A stretch of DNA of 64,000 bases, from contig JAJTFA010000001.1 of NCBI GenBank assembly GCA_021299635.1, positions 283,842 to 347,841 on the forward strand, given 5' to 3'. The stretch is from Sphingobacteriales bacterium. GTDB lineage: Bacteria; Bacteroidota; Bacteroidia; UKL13-3. The first letter of the stretch is position 1. The number at the start of each line of letters is the position of its first letter. Position numbers and translations under genes: made by a program. Shown piece by piece: positions 32,106 through 41,351 of the stretch. Under the pieces are notes generated by a model. The model was not told where the DNA came from and ran no database searches. It was given only the letters and a program-made list of their open reading frames with translations.

Positions 32106-32351
32106 CTAGATTAAGCCCGAAATCCTACGGTAAAATGACTTGTTCTTTTGAGCCTTTAGAAACTTTTCTCTCCGCAACGCATCTACTTGTGAATCGAAAG
32201 TTTCATGATAAACCAGGCGCCACGGTTTTTTGGCCTTTGTTGATTTGGTTAGACCGGTATTATGCTCCAGTAATCGCCTTTCTAAAGCAGTTGTGTAACC
32301 TATATAAAATGAATCGAAATTATCTGAATAAAGAAGATAAACGAAGTGCAT
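32106..32351 (-). CDS. Small stand-alone GIY-YIG nuclease
   Basis: FVYLLYS...FYIGYT..LERRLLEHN.G..KSTK...PW.L...ALRREKFLK; start at 32351 or 32357. Confidence 0.88.
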   Translation of the reverse strand: MHFVYLLYSDNFDSFYIGYTTALERRLLEHNTGLTKSTKAKKPWRLVYHETFDSQVDALRREKFLKAQKNKSFYRRISGLI

Positions 32352-32357
32352 ATGCAT

Positions 32358-32389
32358 AAAAAAAGCGAGCTGTTTAAAAAGCTCACTTT
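32358..32389 (-). terminator. tRNA-Asp terminator directly abutting the GIY-YIG start codon
   Basis: AAAGTGAGC...GCTCGCTTTTTTT then ATG. Confidence 0.7.
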
Positions 32390-32405
32390 CTGTATTTAAC
32401 CATTT

Positions 32406-32482
32406 TGGCGGTGCGGACGGGACTCGAACCCGCGACCCCATGCGTGACAGGCATGTATTCTAACCAGCTGAACTACCGCACC
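32406..32482 (-). tRNA. tRNA-Asp(GTC)
   Basis: GGTGCGGTAGTTCAGCTGGTTAGAATACATGCCTGTCACGCATGGGGTCGCGGGTTCGAGTCCCGTCCGCACCGCCA; cloverleaf with encoded CCA. Confidence 0.96.
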
Positions 32483-32501
32483 GTTCCTCTTAAAAGGGAT
32501 G

Positions 32502-32509
32502 CAAATATA
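32502..32509 (-). promoter_or_regulatory. -7 box (TATATTTG) of the tRNA-Asp promoter
   Basis: TAnnTTTG match 19 bp upstream of the tRNA. Confidence 0.6.
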
Positions 32510-32596
32510 GGATTTTCATGTATTTTGTCAACTCTTATTTAAAACTTTTTTATCTGCTTTTCTTCTTATTTTGCAGCCCGTTAGAAACCATTACCT

Positions 32597-33553
32597 ATGG
32601 CCAATTATTTCGATTTCGAAAAACCGATTCAAGAGCTTGAAGAGCAAATAGAAAAAACCAAGCAATTATCACAGAAAAACAAGCTTGACCTGAACGCTAC
32701 CATCAAAGATCTGGAAGCAAAAATGCTGGCTGAAAAAAAACGTATCTACAGTAGCCTTACTGGTTGGCAGCGTGTGCAGATTTCACGCCATCCGGAAAGG
32801 CCATATACACTTGATTACATTGAGCATTGCTTTGAGGACTTTATCGAACAACATGGCGACCGCAATGTAAAGGATGACAAGGCAATTGTTGGTGGTTTTG
32901 CTAAATTGGGCAACCAAACCGTAATGGTTATTGGTCATCAAAAAGGTCGCAATACCAAACAAAGACAGTTGCGCAACTTTGGTATGGCTAACCCTGAAGG
33001 ATATAGAAAGGCCTTGAGGTTAATGAAGCTTGCAGAGAAATTCAATAAGCCTATTATTACCCTTATCGATACACCCGGTGCTTCTCCGGGTTTGGAAGCA
33101 GAAGAACGCGGCCAGGGTGAAGCCATTGCTAAAAATCTGCTAGAGATGTCGGTATTAAAAGTTCCTGTAATCTGTATCGTAATTGGTGAAGGTGCTTCAG
33201 GAGGTGCTTTGGGGATTGGTGTGGGTGATAAAGTGCTGATGTTGGAGAATACGTGGTATTCGGTAATATCTCCTGAGTCCTGCTCATCGATACTTTGGCG
33301 CAGTTGGGAGCACAAGGAAAAAGCTGCAGAAGCACTCAAGTTAACCGCACCGGATATGCTCAAAAACGGATTAATTGATGGTGTAATACCTGAACCTTTG
33401 GGCGGTGCTCACAATGACACGAACGAGATGTATTCGCGCATAAAAGACGAGCTTACCAAGGTTTTGAACGATTTATCTAAACTGGATTCAGAAAAATTGA
33501 TAGAACAACGCATTGCCAAGTTTTCGGCAATGGGTGCATTTACAGAAACTTAA
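32597..33553 (+). CDS. accA: Acetyl-CoA carboxylase carboxyltransferase alpha subunit
   Basis: [34 protein letters not shown]. Confidence 0.97.
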   Translation: MANYFDFEKPIQELEEQIEKTKQLSQKNKLDLNATIKDLEAKMLAEKKRIYSSLTGWQRVQISRHPERPYTLDYIEHCFEDFIEQHGDRNVKDDKAIVGGFAKLGNQTVMVIGHQKGRNTKQRQLRNFGMANPEGYRKALRLMKLAEKFNKPIITLIDTPGASPGLEAEERGQGEAIAKNLLEMSVLKVPVICIVIGEGASGGALGIGVGDKVLMLENTWYSVISPESCSSILWRSWEHKEKAAEALKLTAPDMLKNGLIDGVIPEPLGGAHNDTNEMYSRIKDELTKVLNDLSKLDSEKLIEQRIAKFSAMGAFTET

Positions 33554-33554
33554 T

Positions 33555-33577
33555 AAAAAAAGCCCCTTCGGGGCTTT
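33555..33577. terminator. Terminator shared by accA and the tRNA-Ala 3' duplicate
   Basis: AAAAAAAGCCCC TTC GGGGCTTT. Confidence 0.75.
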
Positions 33578-33579
33578 AG

Positions 33580-33695
33580 TGGAGGATAACGGAGTCGAAT
33601 CCCGAAACAGTGCCTTTTGAAAAGGCATACTGTTTCGAGGACCCTCGAAAAATTAAGAAATGCAAGCATTTCTATTTTTCGGGGCCGATGACCTC
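33580..33695 (-). pseudogene. tRNA-Ala 3'-part copy interrupted by an 85 bp double-hairpin insertion
   Basis: GAGGTCATCGG-[33684..33600]-TTCGACTCCGTTATCCTCCA; flanks identical to tRNA-Ala. Confidence 0.87.
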
Positions 33696-33956
33696 ATGAA
33701 ATTTAAATCCATTCTTAAGACAAAAATCATTTTGTCTGGCTCTTGATTTTAAGTTTTTGAGTTTACGCTCCATACTCAAAGCTTCAGTTCTGGATTGCAC
33801 TGCAAGAGAAGCAAATAAAACCCATGGCACCGCAGTTTTAGTTGATTGGTTTTTACCTGAATTGTGTTTTCTTATTCTTTCAGTTAAATCAGCTGTCTGG
33901 CCGATGTACCTTTTATCAGTAGAATGGGAATAGATTATGTAAACCCAGTATTTCAT
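33672..33956 (-). CDS. Small stand-alone GIY-YIG nuclease
   Basis: WVYIIYS...RYIGQT..L.ERIRKHNSG...STK...PW.L...ALSMERKLK. Confidence 0.9.
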   Translation of the reverse strand: MKYWVYIIYSHSTDKRYIGQTADLTERIRKHNSGKNQSTKTAVPWVLFASLAVQSRTEALSMERKLKNLKSRARQNDFCLKNGFKFHEVIGPEK

Positions 33957-33961
33957 TAATG

Positions 33962-33982
33962 AAAAAGGCCCAATGGGCCTTT
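33962..33982 (-). terminator. tRNA-Ala terminator just upstream of the GIY-YIG start
   Basis: AAAGGCCCATTGGGCCTTTTT. Confidence 0.7.
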
Positions 33983-33984
33983 AG

Positions 33985-34225
<241 letters not shown>

Positions 34226-34237
34226 TTGGGGAGGCGG

Positions 34238-34245
34238 CAAATATA
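34238..34245 (-). promoter_or_regulatory. -7 box (TATATTTG) upstream of the tRNA-Ala repeat array
   Basis: TAnnTTTG match 12 bp upstream of the outer repeat unit. Confidence 0.6.
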
Positions 34246-34256
34246 TGAAGTAAGTT

Positions 34257-34550
34257 TTATTGTGCAAATTTAAACAGCACAATAATAAGCCCGTAAATAA
34301 GCGTAGATAGAATGATACCTCTGGCTATATAAAGCTTATCCTTGTTTAAAAACAGATAGAATAATCCCAGGTTTATTACTGCACATAAGCTCAACAAGGG
34401 TGATAATAGTTTTTTTGAAATGGCAAGGTCTAAAAATTCCATAAGCCCGCTGTGCCTGAATTCTGATAGGTAGAATCCAAGCGCACCCAGTAGTGGTCCG
34501 ATTAAACCTACAATAATTCCAATAGCTATATGATCTTTAATGTTGCGCAT
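34257..34550 (-). CDS. Small hypothetical membrane protein
   Basis: 97 aa, three hydrophobic segments, overlaps the surE stop. Confidence 0.7.
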   Translation of the reverse strand: MRNIKDHIAIGIIVGLIGPLLGALGFYLSEFRHSGLMEFLDLAISKKLLSPLLSLCAVINLGLFYLFLNKDKLYIARGIILSTLIYGLIIVLFKFAQ

Positions 34551-35331
34551 GTGTTGCTATGTTTAAATTCCAGTTATTCAATTGCTGCATGGCATGATAG
34601 GCTGTTAGATCAAAATGCACCGGAACCACAGATGCAAAGCCATTTGCCAGTGCCCATTCATCGGTGTCTTCCCCTTTATCCATATTGATGAATTTGCCTG
34701 TTAGCCAGAAATACCTTCTTCCGTTTGGATCTTTTCTCTCATCAAATTCCTCTTGCCATTTAGCATTTGCCTGTCTGCAAATTTTAAGTCCGGCAAACGC
34801 TTCAGCGTTCACATTTGGAATATTTACATTGAGCAGTGTCCCCACCGGTAATCCGTTTTGAATAATATTTTTTGCAATGGTTTGTGCCACCGATACAGCT
34901 AATGAAAAATCGGCATCATATGCATAATTGCATAATGAAAATCCTACACTTGGTATGCCTTCTATCGCACCTTCCATAGCTGCACTCATGGTGCCTGAAT
35001 AAAGAACATTAATAGAAGAGTTGGAACCATGATTAATTCCAGAAACCAGTAGGTCCGGTTTGCGATGCAATACCTTATCTACAGCCAGCTTCACACAATC
35101 TGCCGGAGTGCCTGAGCATTGATAAGCAGTAAGCTCACCGTAAATATCTGTTTTTTCAAGTCTAAGTGGTTTGCTAATGGTAACTGCGTGACCCATGCCG
35201 CTTTGTGGGCTATCCGGAGCAACAATAATAATTTCTCCAAGCGGTTTCATGGCTGCTACCAAGGCACGTATACCAGGAGCAGTGATGCCATCATCATTTG
35301 ATATTAATATAAGTGGTTTATCTTGCTTCAT
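34537..35331 (-). CDS. surE: 5'/3'-nucleotidase SurE
   Basis: SNDDG, GTPADCV, SGINHGSN, YSGT. Confidence 0.96.
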   Translation of the reverse strand: MKQDKPLILISNDDGITAPGIRALVAAMKPLGEIIIVAPDSPQSGMGHAVTISKPLRLEKTDIYGELTAYQCSGTPADCVKLAVDKVLHRKPDLLVSGINHGSNSSINVLYSGTMSAAMEGAIEGIPSVGFSLCNYAYDADFSLAVSVAQTIAKNIIQNGLPVGTLLNVNIPNVNAEAFAGLKICRQANAKWQEEFDERKDPNGRRYFWLTGKFINMDKGEDTDEWALANGFASVVPVHFDLTAYHAMQQLNNWNLNIATHAQH

Positions 35332-35403
35332 TCAAGGGCGAAAATAGAATAATCTGCATGTGTTTGTATCTACATGCGGTTAAATTTTGTATCACTTGTG
35401 CCG

Positions 35404-35895
35404 TTACCTCAATATTTTCAGTAAATCCTTTTCCATGGTCTTATCGGGTGATTCGATAATCCGTCCAATTTCTATTCCATTCCGATAAAGAATAATCAGC
35501 GGTACAAATGTTACTTTATAGGGTTCAATATTTACTGTTGAGCTTACTTTCTTTTTATTTACACCTATAAATTTGAGTTCTTTAAGACCGCTTTCATCAC
35601 AAATTTTAAGTAATGCCGGAACATGCTCCTTGCTATCGCTACACCAGGTTCCTAAAATAACTAGCACAGATACGTCTTGATGTTTCCTTAACTTCTTTAT
35701 AATTGTTTTTGCCGGTTTATAAGCGTTGTAATTTTTAAAGAACCAACTATATGATTCAATTTGTTGTCTGCCAATATAACCATCTGCAATAACCGTGTCT
35801 GCAGGGGCAGGTTGTTGTGCCTTCATAGTTAATGCAAACGCACATAGCAAGAGTAACATAAGAAATAACCTGATTTCCCGGGTCATTGTGGTCAT
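35404..35895 (-). CDS. Exported thioredoxin-like protein (CxxS)
   Basis: Signal peptide; LGTWCSDS; VP...EIGRIIESP; start uncertain. Confidence 0.78.
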   Translation of the reverse strand: MTTMTREIRLFLMLLLLCAFALTMKAQQPAPADTVIADGYIGRQQIESYSWFFKNYNAYKPAKTIIKKLRKHQDVSVLVILGTWCSDSKEHVPALLKICDESGLKELKFIGVNKKKVSSTVNIEPYKVTFVPLIILYRNGIEIGRIIESPDKTMEKDLLKILR

Positions 35896-35982
35896 GAAGT
35901 TATGAGTGAACATTATATAATGTGTTGCTCTTAAAGATGATATTAACAACACGCACCTGTATTTGAAATGATTATCTTGTGA

Positions 35983-36996
35983 TTAGGAAGTAGCATTCAT
36001 AAAGCCCAGGGCCTTGTTCACCATATTTTCAGAGCCAATAAAAATAGGTACACGCTGATGCAACTCTTTTGGCTGCACATTTAATACACGCTCGGTTCCT
36101 GTGTGTGCTTTACCTCCGGCTTGCTCTACAATAAATGCCATGGGTATACATTCAAACATTAAACGCAATTTACCATTAGGTGCTTTTGAAGTAGGCGGAT
36201 AAATAAAGATACCTCCCTTCAATAGATTCCGATGCAAATCTGCAACCATTGAGCCTATATAACGTGCGCTGTATGGGCGTGAGGTGTTCTTATCTTTTTC
36301 CTTGCACCATGCAATGTATTGTTGCACCCCTGCAGGGAAATCAGCAGCATTGCCTTCGTTTAGGGAATATATTTTACCGTCTTTTGGTACCTGAATATCT
36401 GGATGGGAAAGGCAGAACTCACCAATAGATGGATCTAGTGTAAATCCGTTTACACCTTTACCTGTTGAGTAAACAAGCATGGTGGATGATCCATAAATAA
36501 CATAACCTGCCGCAACCAGTTTGTTCCCCGGTTGTAGCACATCTTCAAGCGTTGGTTCTGTTCCGGCAGGTGTCACCCTTCGATAAACCGAAAAAATGGT
36601 TCCAATTGAAACATTAACATCAATATTCGATGAGCCATCTAGCGGATCAATGCAAACAATATAGTTTCCGTGTTTTGAGTAGCTACCTTTTAGCGGTATC
36701 ATATTATCTTCTTCCTCAGAAGCAAATGCACATACCTCGCCACCGCGCGATAGGGTAGTGGTAAACATTTCGTTACCTATCATATCAAGCTTTTTCACAT
36801 CTTCTCCCTGCACGTTTACCTCTCCGGTGTCGCCAATAATTTCAGCAATACCGGCTTTATTAACTTCTCTGCTTATCACTTTAGCGGCAATACCAATATC
36901 TCTAAGTATTCTGGAAAGTTCTCCTTTGGCGTAAGGGAATTCGTCCTGGCGTTCAATGATAAACTGCCCGAGTGTGGTGAAATTAAATTGAGACAT
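35983..36996 (-). CDS. fbp: Class 1 fructose-1,6-bisphosphatase
   Basis: [25 protein letters not shown]. Confidence 0.95.
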   Translation of the reverse strand: MSQFNFTTLGQFIIERQDEFPYAKGELSRILRDIGIAAKVISREVNKAGIAEIIGDTGEVNVQGEDVKKLDMIGNEMFTTTLSRGGEVCAFASEEEDNMIPLKGSYSKHGNYIVCIDPLDGSSNIDVNVSIGTIFSVYRRVTPAGTEPTLEDVLQPGNKLVAAGYVIYGSSTMLVYSTGKGVNGFTLDPSIGEFCLSHPDIQVPKDGKIYSLNEGNAADFPAGVQQYIAWCKEKDKNTSRPYSARYIGSMVADLHRNLLKGGIFIYPPTSKAPNGKLRLMFECIPMAFIVEQAGGKAHTGTERVLNVQPKELHQRVPIFIGSENMVNKALGFMNATS

Positions 36997-37108
36997 TGTT
37001 CAATATTATTGGTCTCCGCAAATATAAGGCCTTCATTCATTTACAAAAGACTTTATAAGTCTTAATTAAATTTATAATTTCGAAACAAAATTTTGGAGGA
37101 ACATCAAC

Positions 37109-38368
37109 GTGAGAGTATTTAAGTTTGGAGGGGCTTCTGTTAAAGATGCAGATGCTGTTGCAAATGTGGCCCGCATCATTCAAATGCATGCCGGTAGTGA
37201 GCTGTTGGTAGTGGTATCAGCAATGGGTAAAACCACAAATGCGCTTGAGAGGCTTGCAAAAGCATATTATGAGCACGCTACGCAGGAAAAAAATAAAATT
37301 TATGCCGAAATTAAGCAGTTCCATGATGAGATAATCAGTGGTTTGCTTAAAACCAAGAATAGCCATGCTTATGACGATATCGAAAATCTTTTTATTGAGC
37401 TGGAGTGCTTGCTTGAGTCTGAACCTGATGAGGCTTTCGATTATTACTATGATCAAATAGTAGGCTACGGTGAAATTTTTTCTACACGCATCGTAAGCAC
37501 GTATATGAATGAAAACGGAATTAAAAACCGTTGGATGGATGCACGCACCTTTATATCTACTGATGCTACTTTTCGTGAGGGCAAGGTAAACTGGGAGCAC
37601 ACCTGCCTCCTCATAGATAAAAAGTTGAAACCCATCGTGCATAAACAAATAGTGGTTACCCAGGGCTTTATAGGCCAGAATAACGATAAGCAAACCACAA
37701 CACTGGGCAGAGAAGGTTCTGATTACTCTGCGGCAATTTTTGCATATGGACTCAAGGCAGAGTCGCTAACCATCTGGAAGGATGTGGCCGGGGTAATGAA
37801 TGCCGACCCAAAGAAATTTAAAGAGGCTGTTAAACTGGATGAGCTAACCTACACGCATGCTATAGAAATGGCCTACTATGGGGCTACCGTTATTCATCCC
37901 AAAACCATACAGCCTTTACAGAGCAGACATATTCCATTATATGTAAAATCATTTATTGATCCTGAGGCCAAAGGAACAGTGGTGTATGATGGAGTTAAGG
38001 AAAAGCGCATTCCGGTAATCATTGTAAAGAGTAACCAGGTATTGCTCTCTATTTCAAGTAAGGATTTTTCGTTTATTGTGGAAGAGAATCTCAGTAGAAT
38101 TTTTTCAATCTTTGCAGAGCATAAAGTTCGTATTAATCTGATGCAAAATTCAGCAATTAGTTTTAGCATATGTGTGGATGAGGCAGGAGAAAAAATAGAA
38201 CGACTAAAGTCTGAATTGAGCATACATTATCAACTAAAATCAAATGAGCCTGTTGACTTAATTACCATTAATAATTATGATGAACAAACGCTTGCTCAAA
38301 CAAAATTAAACAGAGAGGTTTTACTGGAACAAAAAACCAGGGCAACTGCCCAAATGGTATTAAAATAA
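37109..38368 (+). CDS. lysC: Aspartate kinase
   Basis: VFKFGGASV, VVSAMG, TLGREGSDYSA, WKDV.G. Confidence 0.9.
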   Translation: MRVFKFGGASVKDADAVANVARIIQMHAGSELLVVVSAMGKTTNALERLAKAYYEHATQEKNKIYAEIKQFHDEIISGLLKTKNSHAYDDIENLFIELECLLESEPDEAFDYYYDQIVGYGEIFSTRIVSTYMNENGIKNRWMDARTFISTDATFREGKVNWEHTCLLIDKKLKPIVHKQIVVTQGFIGQNNDKQTTTLGREGSDYSAAIFAYGLKAESLTIWKDVAGVMNADPKKFKEAVKLDELTYTHAIEMAYYGATVIHPKTIQPLQSRHIPLYVKSFIDPEAKGTVVYDGVKEKRIPVIIVKSNQVLLSISSKDFSFIVEENLSRIFSIFAEHKVRINLMQNSAISFSICVDEAGEKIERLKSELSIHYQLKSNEPVDLITINNYDEQTLAQTKLNREVLLEQKTRATAQMVLK

Positions 38369-38379
38369 TTATATATAAT

Positions 38380-39573
38380 ATGAGAAAAACCTATTTTATC
38401 ATTATTGCTATTTGCTTTTGTTGGCTGTCTTCTGCATCTCAGGTAGCTTTTCAAAAAGATGAGCCAATTGAGAATACAGCATCACTTACTCCGGCTGCTT
38501 CTAATGGTGAAGAAGTATTTACACTTTATTTATTTGCACATACAGATGAAATAATCAGCCAGGCTCTGCTTCAATATGTATTTAATAACAATCCCGGTTT
38601 TGCTTCCTATGTAAACAGTAAATTCAAACCGATACTGATTACGCAAAATGATGAGAAATGGGAGCAATGGGCTTGCAAACTTCGCCTTAGAAAATTACCT
38701 GCAATTGCAGTTTTTAATCAGGAGGGTTTTCTGCTTGGTCAGGTTTGGGGTTACAAATCTGCTGAGGAGTTCCAGCGGTGGCTTTATTTTACAACCGGTA
38801 AACGAATGGTATCGATGGCTTTTCAATCCAAGTCAAAAGAAATGTATCCGGATTTTTACAAGGCTTCAATGGTCCGTAAGGAAGCGACACTTATAGATAC
38901 CCCAACTGTAACGGCTTATTTAGGCAGGTTTGGCACAACTCCGGATGAGGTGGTTTGGAACTTAGCAAGGGAATATATGCCTTTGTTGGGCCCTCAAGCC
39001 TTAAGATTATATGATAACCAAAACTTTTTATTTCAACATTTTGGAATTGATTTTATGCTGATGCAATATGACCATGCTACCTATATTGCCGATACGCTTA
39101 AACTCGGTACAGATAAGAATCTTCAGAATACTATTATACCGCAACTAAGGAGTTTTGGTTTTTCAAATATAGATCAGTGGGAAAGATTTATTTTGGCACA
39201 TCAGGCTGTCTACAGAAAAGACTGGAAAAATGTTCCGGTAGCGTTAGCTACTTATGCGGCTGATTCTACCTCTTATTTATTTAGATTGGATTCGTTGGCT
39301 TCCTGGTGTCGTTCTGTTTATGAAAACAGCACAGATAAACAATCTTTATTCATGGCTGAGAAGGTTCTGAGGGAAAATAAATTAACTCATTCACGCCCTG
39401 ATTACCTTGCATTGCTTGGGCTAATACAATGTAAGAATCAAAAGTGGTATGATGCAGAGGTTTCATTAAAACGTGCACAAAATCATCCCCTGCTAATCAT
39501 GCCGGATGAGCAGAAAATAACGATGGCACTTGCTGAAATAGAAGCAAAGAAGAACAAAGCTAAAAAGAAATAA
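38380..39573 (+). CDS. Hypothetical exported protein (possible thioredoxin-like N-domain, helical C-terminus)
   Basis: Signal peptide; 397 aa ORF in an operon with folK. Confidence 0.65.
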   Translation: MRKTYFIIIAICFCWLSSASQVAFQKDEPIENTASLTPAASNGEEVFTLYLFAHTDEIISQALLQYVFNNNPGFASYVNSKFKPILITQNDEKWEQWACKLRLRKLPAIAVFNQEGFLLGQVWGYKSAEEFQRWLYFTTGKRMVSMAFQSKSKEMYPDFYKASMVRKEATLIDTPTVTAYLGRFGTTPDEVVWNLAREYMPLLGPQALRLYDNQNFLFQHFGIDFMLMQYDHATYIADTLKLGTDKNLQNTIIPQLRSFGFSNIDQWERFILAHQAVYRKDWKNVPVALATYAADSTSYLFRLDSLASWCRSVYENSTDKQSLFMAEKVLRENKLTHSRPDYLALLGLIQCKNQKWYDAEVSLKRAQNHPLLIMPDEQKITMALAEIEAKKNKAKKK

Positions 39574-40052
39574 TGCCAATTGTATATTTGCTAACAGGTG
39601 GCAATATTGGTAACACCAATCTTGAACTAAGTAAAGCTGCCGCAATGATTCATGAAAGGGTGGGGGGTGTAAGAAAAGCATCCGAAATATATAGAACGGA
39701 GCCATGGGGTAATCCAAATCAGCAGTATTTTCTGAATCAGGTATTAGAAGTTGAATCAGTGATGAAGCCTGAAGACATCATGAGCAAGTTGCTTGCCATA
39801 GAACAGGAAATGGGCCGGGTAAGAGATAAGAAATGGGAGCCTCGTGTAATTGATATAGATATGCTGCTTTATGATAATTTGATTCATGAATCTGATACGC
39901 TAACGCTGCCTCATCCACATTTGCATAAAAGGAACTTTGTATTGGCGCCACTTGCCGAGCTGGCTCCAGATTTGATACATCCGGTTTTGCAACAAAGCAT
40001 AGCCCAATTGCTGCAGCACAGTGCCGATAAAGGATTGGTGGAAAAAATGTAA
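39573..40052 (+). CDS. folK: Hydroxymethyldihydropteridine diphosphokinase (HPPK)
   Basis: GGNIG, FLNQV, PRVIDIDML, LPHP...RNFVL. Confidence 0.94.
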   Translation: MPIVYLLTGGNIGNTNLELSKAAAMIHERVGGVRKASEIYRTEPWGNPNQQYFLNQVLEVESVMKPEDIMSKLLAIEQEMGRVRDKKWEPRVIDIDMLLYDNLIHESDTLTLPHPHLHKRNFVLAPLAELAPDLIHPVLQQSIAQLLQHSADKGLVEKM

Positions 40053-40086
40053 GTATTACCAGTTTTACAAACCCCACATTTGTCTA

Positions 40087-40743
40087 ATGGCCCAAAAACC
40101 TTTTCATTCTTACATCGCTATTGAAGGCAATATCGGTGCAGGTAAATCCTCTCTTGCCAATAGATTGGCTGCATCGTTTGGTGCCAAAATTATTTTGGAG
40201 GAGTTTGAGGACAATTCTTTTCTTCCAAAATTTTATGCAGATCAAAGACGCTATGCCTTTCCTCTTGAAATGAGTTTTTTAGCAGCACGCTTTAATCAAC
40301 TCAAAAGGCAATTGATGGAGGGTGATATATTTAATAACTTTATAGTTAGCGATTATATTTTTGCGAAATGTATGCTCTTTTCAAAGGTTAACCTGGATGA
40401 TGATGAGTATGATCTGTATTTAAAATTGTTTGAAATCATTAATCTTCAGTTACGGCAACCGGACTTGCTGGTATATCTGCATAACCCCATTGAAAAACTG
40501 CAATGGAATATTGCCAATCGAGGCAGACCATATGAACAGCAAATTACATCAACTTATTTGCAGCAACTTACCGATGGATATATGCAGTTTATTCAAGCAA
40601 ACCAACACCTACGTATTCTCATAGTAGATTGTGCCTCGATCGATTTTGTTAATAATACCGATCATTACAACAATCTGGAATCCCTTATCTGCAAGGAATA
40701 CAAACCGGGAGTTCATTATATTAATTGGCTGTTGGAAACATGA
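40087..40743 (+). CDS. Deoxynucleoside kinase
   Basis: IAIEGNIGAGKS P-loop, PDLLVYL, RGRPYE; start taken at ATG 40087. Confidence 0.92.
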   Translation: MAQKPFHSYIAIEGNIGAGKSSLANRLAASFGAKIILEEFEDNSFLPKFYADQRRYAFPLEMSFLAARFNQLKRQLMEGDIFNNFIVSDYIFAKCMLFSKVNLDDDEYDLYLKLFEIINLQLRQPDLLVYLHNPIEKLQWNIANRGRPYEQQITSTYLQQLTDGYMQFIQANQHLRILIVDCASIDFVNNTDHYNNLESLICKEYKPGVHYINWLLET

Positions 40744-41351
40744 AATCTCAAACCGTTTTATTGTCTGCACACTATTTCCCCTGCACAGCATGGTTTCGCA
40801 ACTACTTGCAGCATGAGCAGGTAATGATTGAGCAGCATGAGCATTTTTTGAAACAAACATACCGCAACCGAACTGTAATACTTTCAGCAAACGGACCGCT
40901 TGCACTCACCGTTCCGGTTTCAAAACTTCATGCCAAAACAAAAGTTCACGAAATGCGAATAGATTATTTCGATAAATGGCAACACCGACATATGGAAGCT
41001 TTACGTTCTGCTTACAATTCATCGCCATACTTTTTATATTACTCTCATCATATTGATGCATTCTTTGGTCAGAAATATGAAACATTACTTGAGCTAAATT
41101 TGGCTTCATCGTTATTATTACTTAAATTGATAAAGCAGCAACCAAAGCATCAATTATCAGAATCATACATACCAACAACGGATGCTTTATTGGATACTCG
41201 TGAATTAATACATCCTAAGAGGTATTGGGAAGGTGAATATAAAAGCTATCTGCAGGTGTTTGCTTCTAAGTATCCTTTTGCGCCAAACTTAAGTGTGCTT
41301 GACATTCTTTTTAATTGTGGCCCTGACAGCACTCAATATATACTTTCCTGA
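40740..41351 (+). CDS. WbqC family protein
   Basis: KQTYRNR, AYNSSPYF, NLSVLDILFNCGP. Confidence 0.85.
   Translation: MKSQTVLLSAHYFPCTAWFRNYLQHEQVMIEQHEHFLKQTYRNRTVILSANGPLALTVPVSKLHAKTKVHEMRIDYFDKWQHRHMEALRSAYNSSPYFLYYSHHIDAFFGQKYETLLELNLASSLLLLKLIKQQPKHQLSESYIPTTDALLDTRELIHPKRYWEGEYKSYLQVFASKYPFAPNLSVLDILFNCGPDSTQYILS

Noticed and set aside
32352..32441. N-terminal extension (MGSRVRVPSAPP...) of the 111 aa GIY-YIG ORF in the track
   Set aside because: It is a translation of the tRNA-Asp 3' half and terminator; the real start is more likely ATG 32351 or 32357.
33672..33956. Group I intron with homing endonuclease inside a tRNA
   Set aside because: The tRNAs are intact upstream of the ORFs and there is no room for a ribozyme core.
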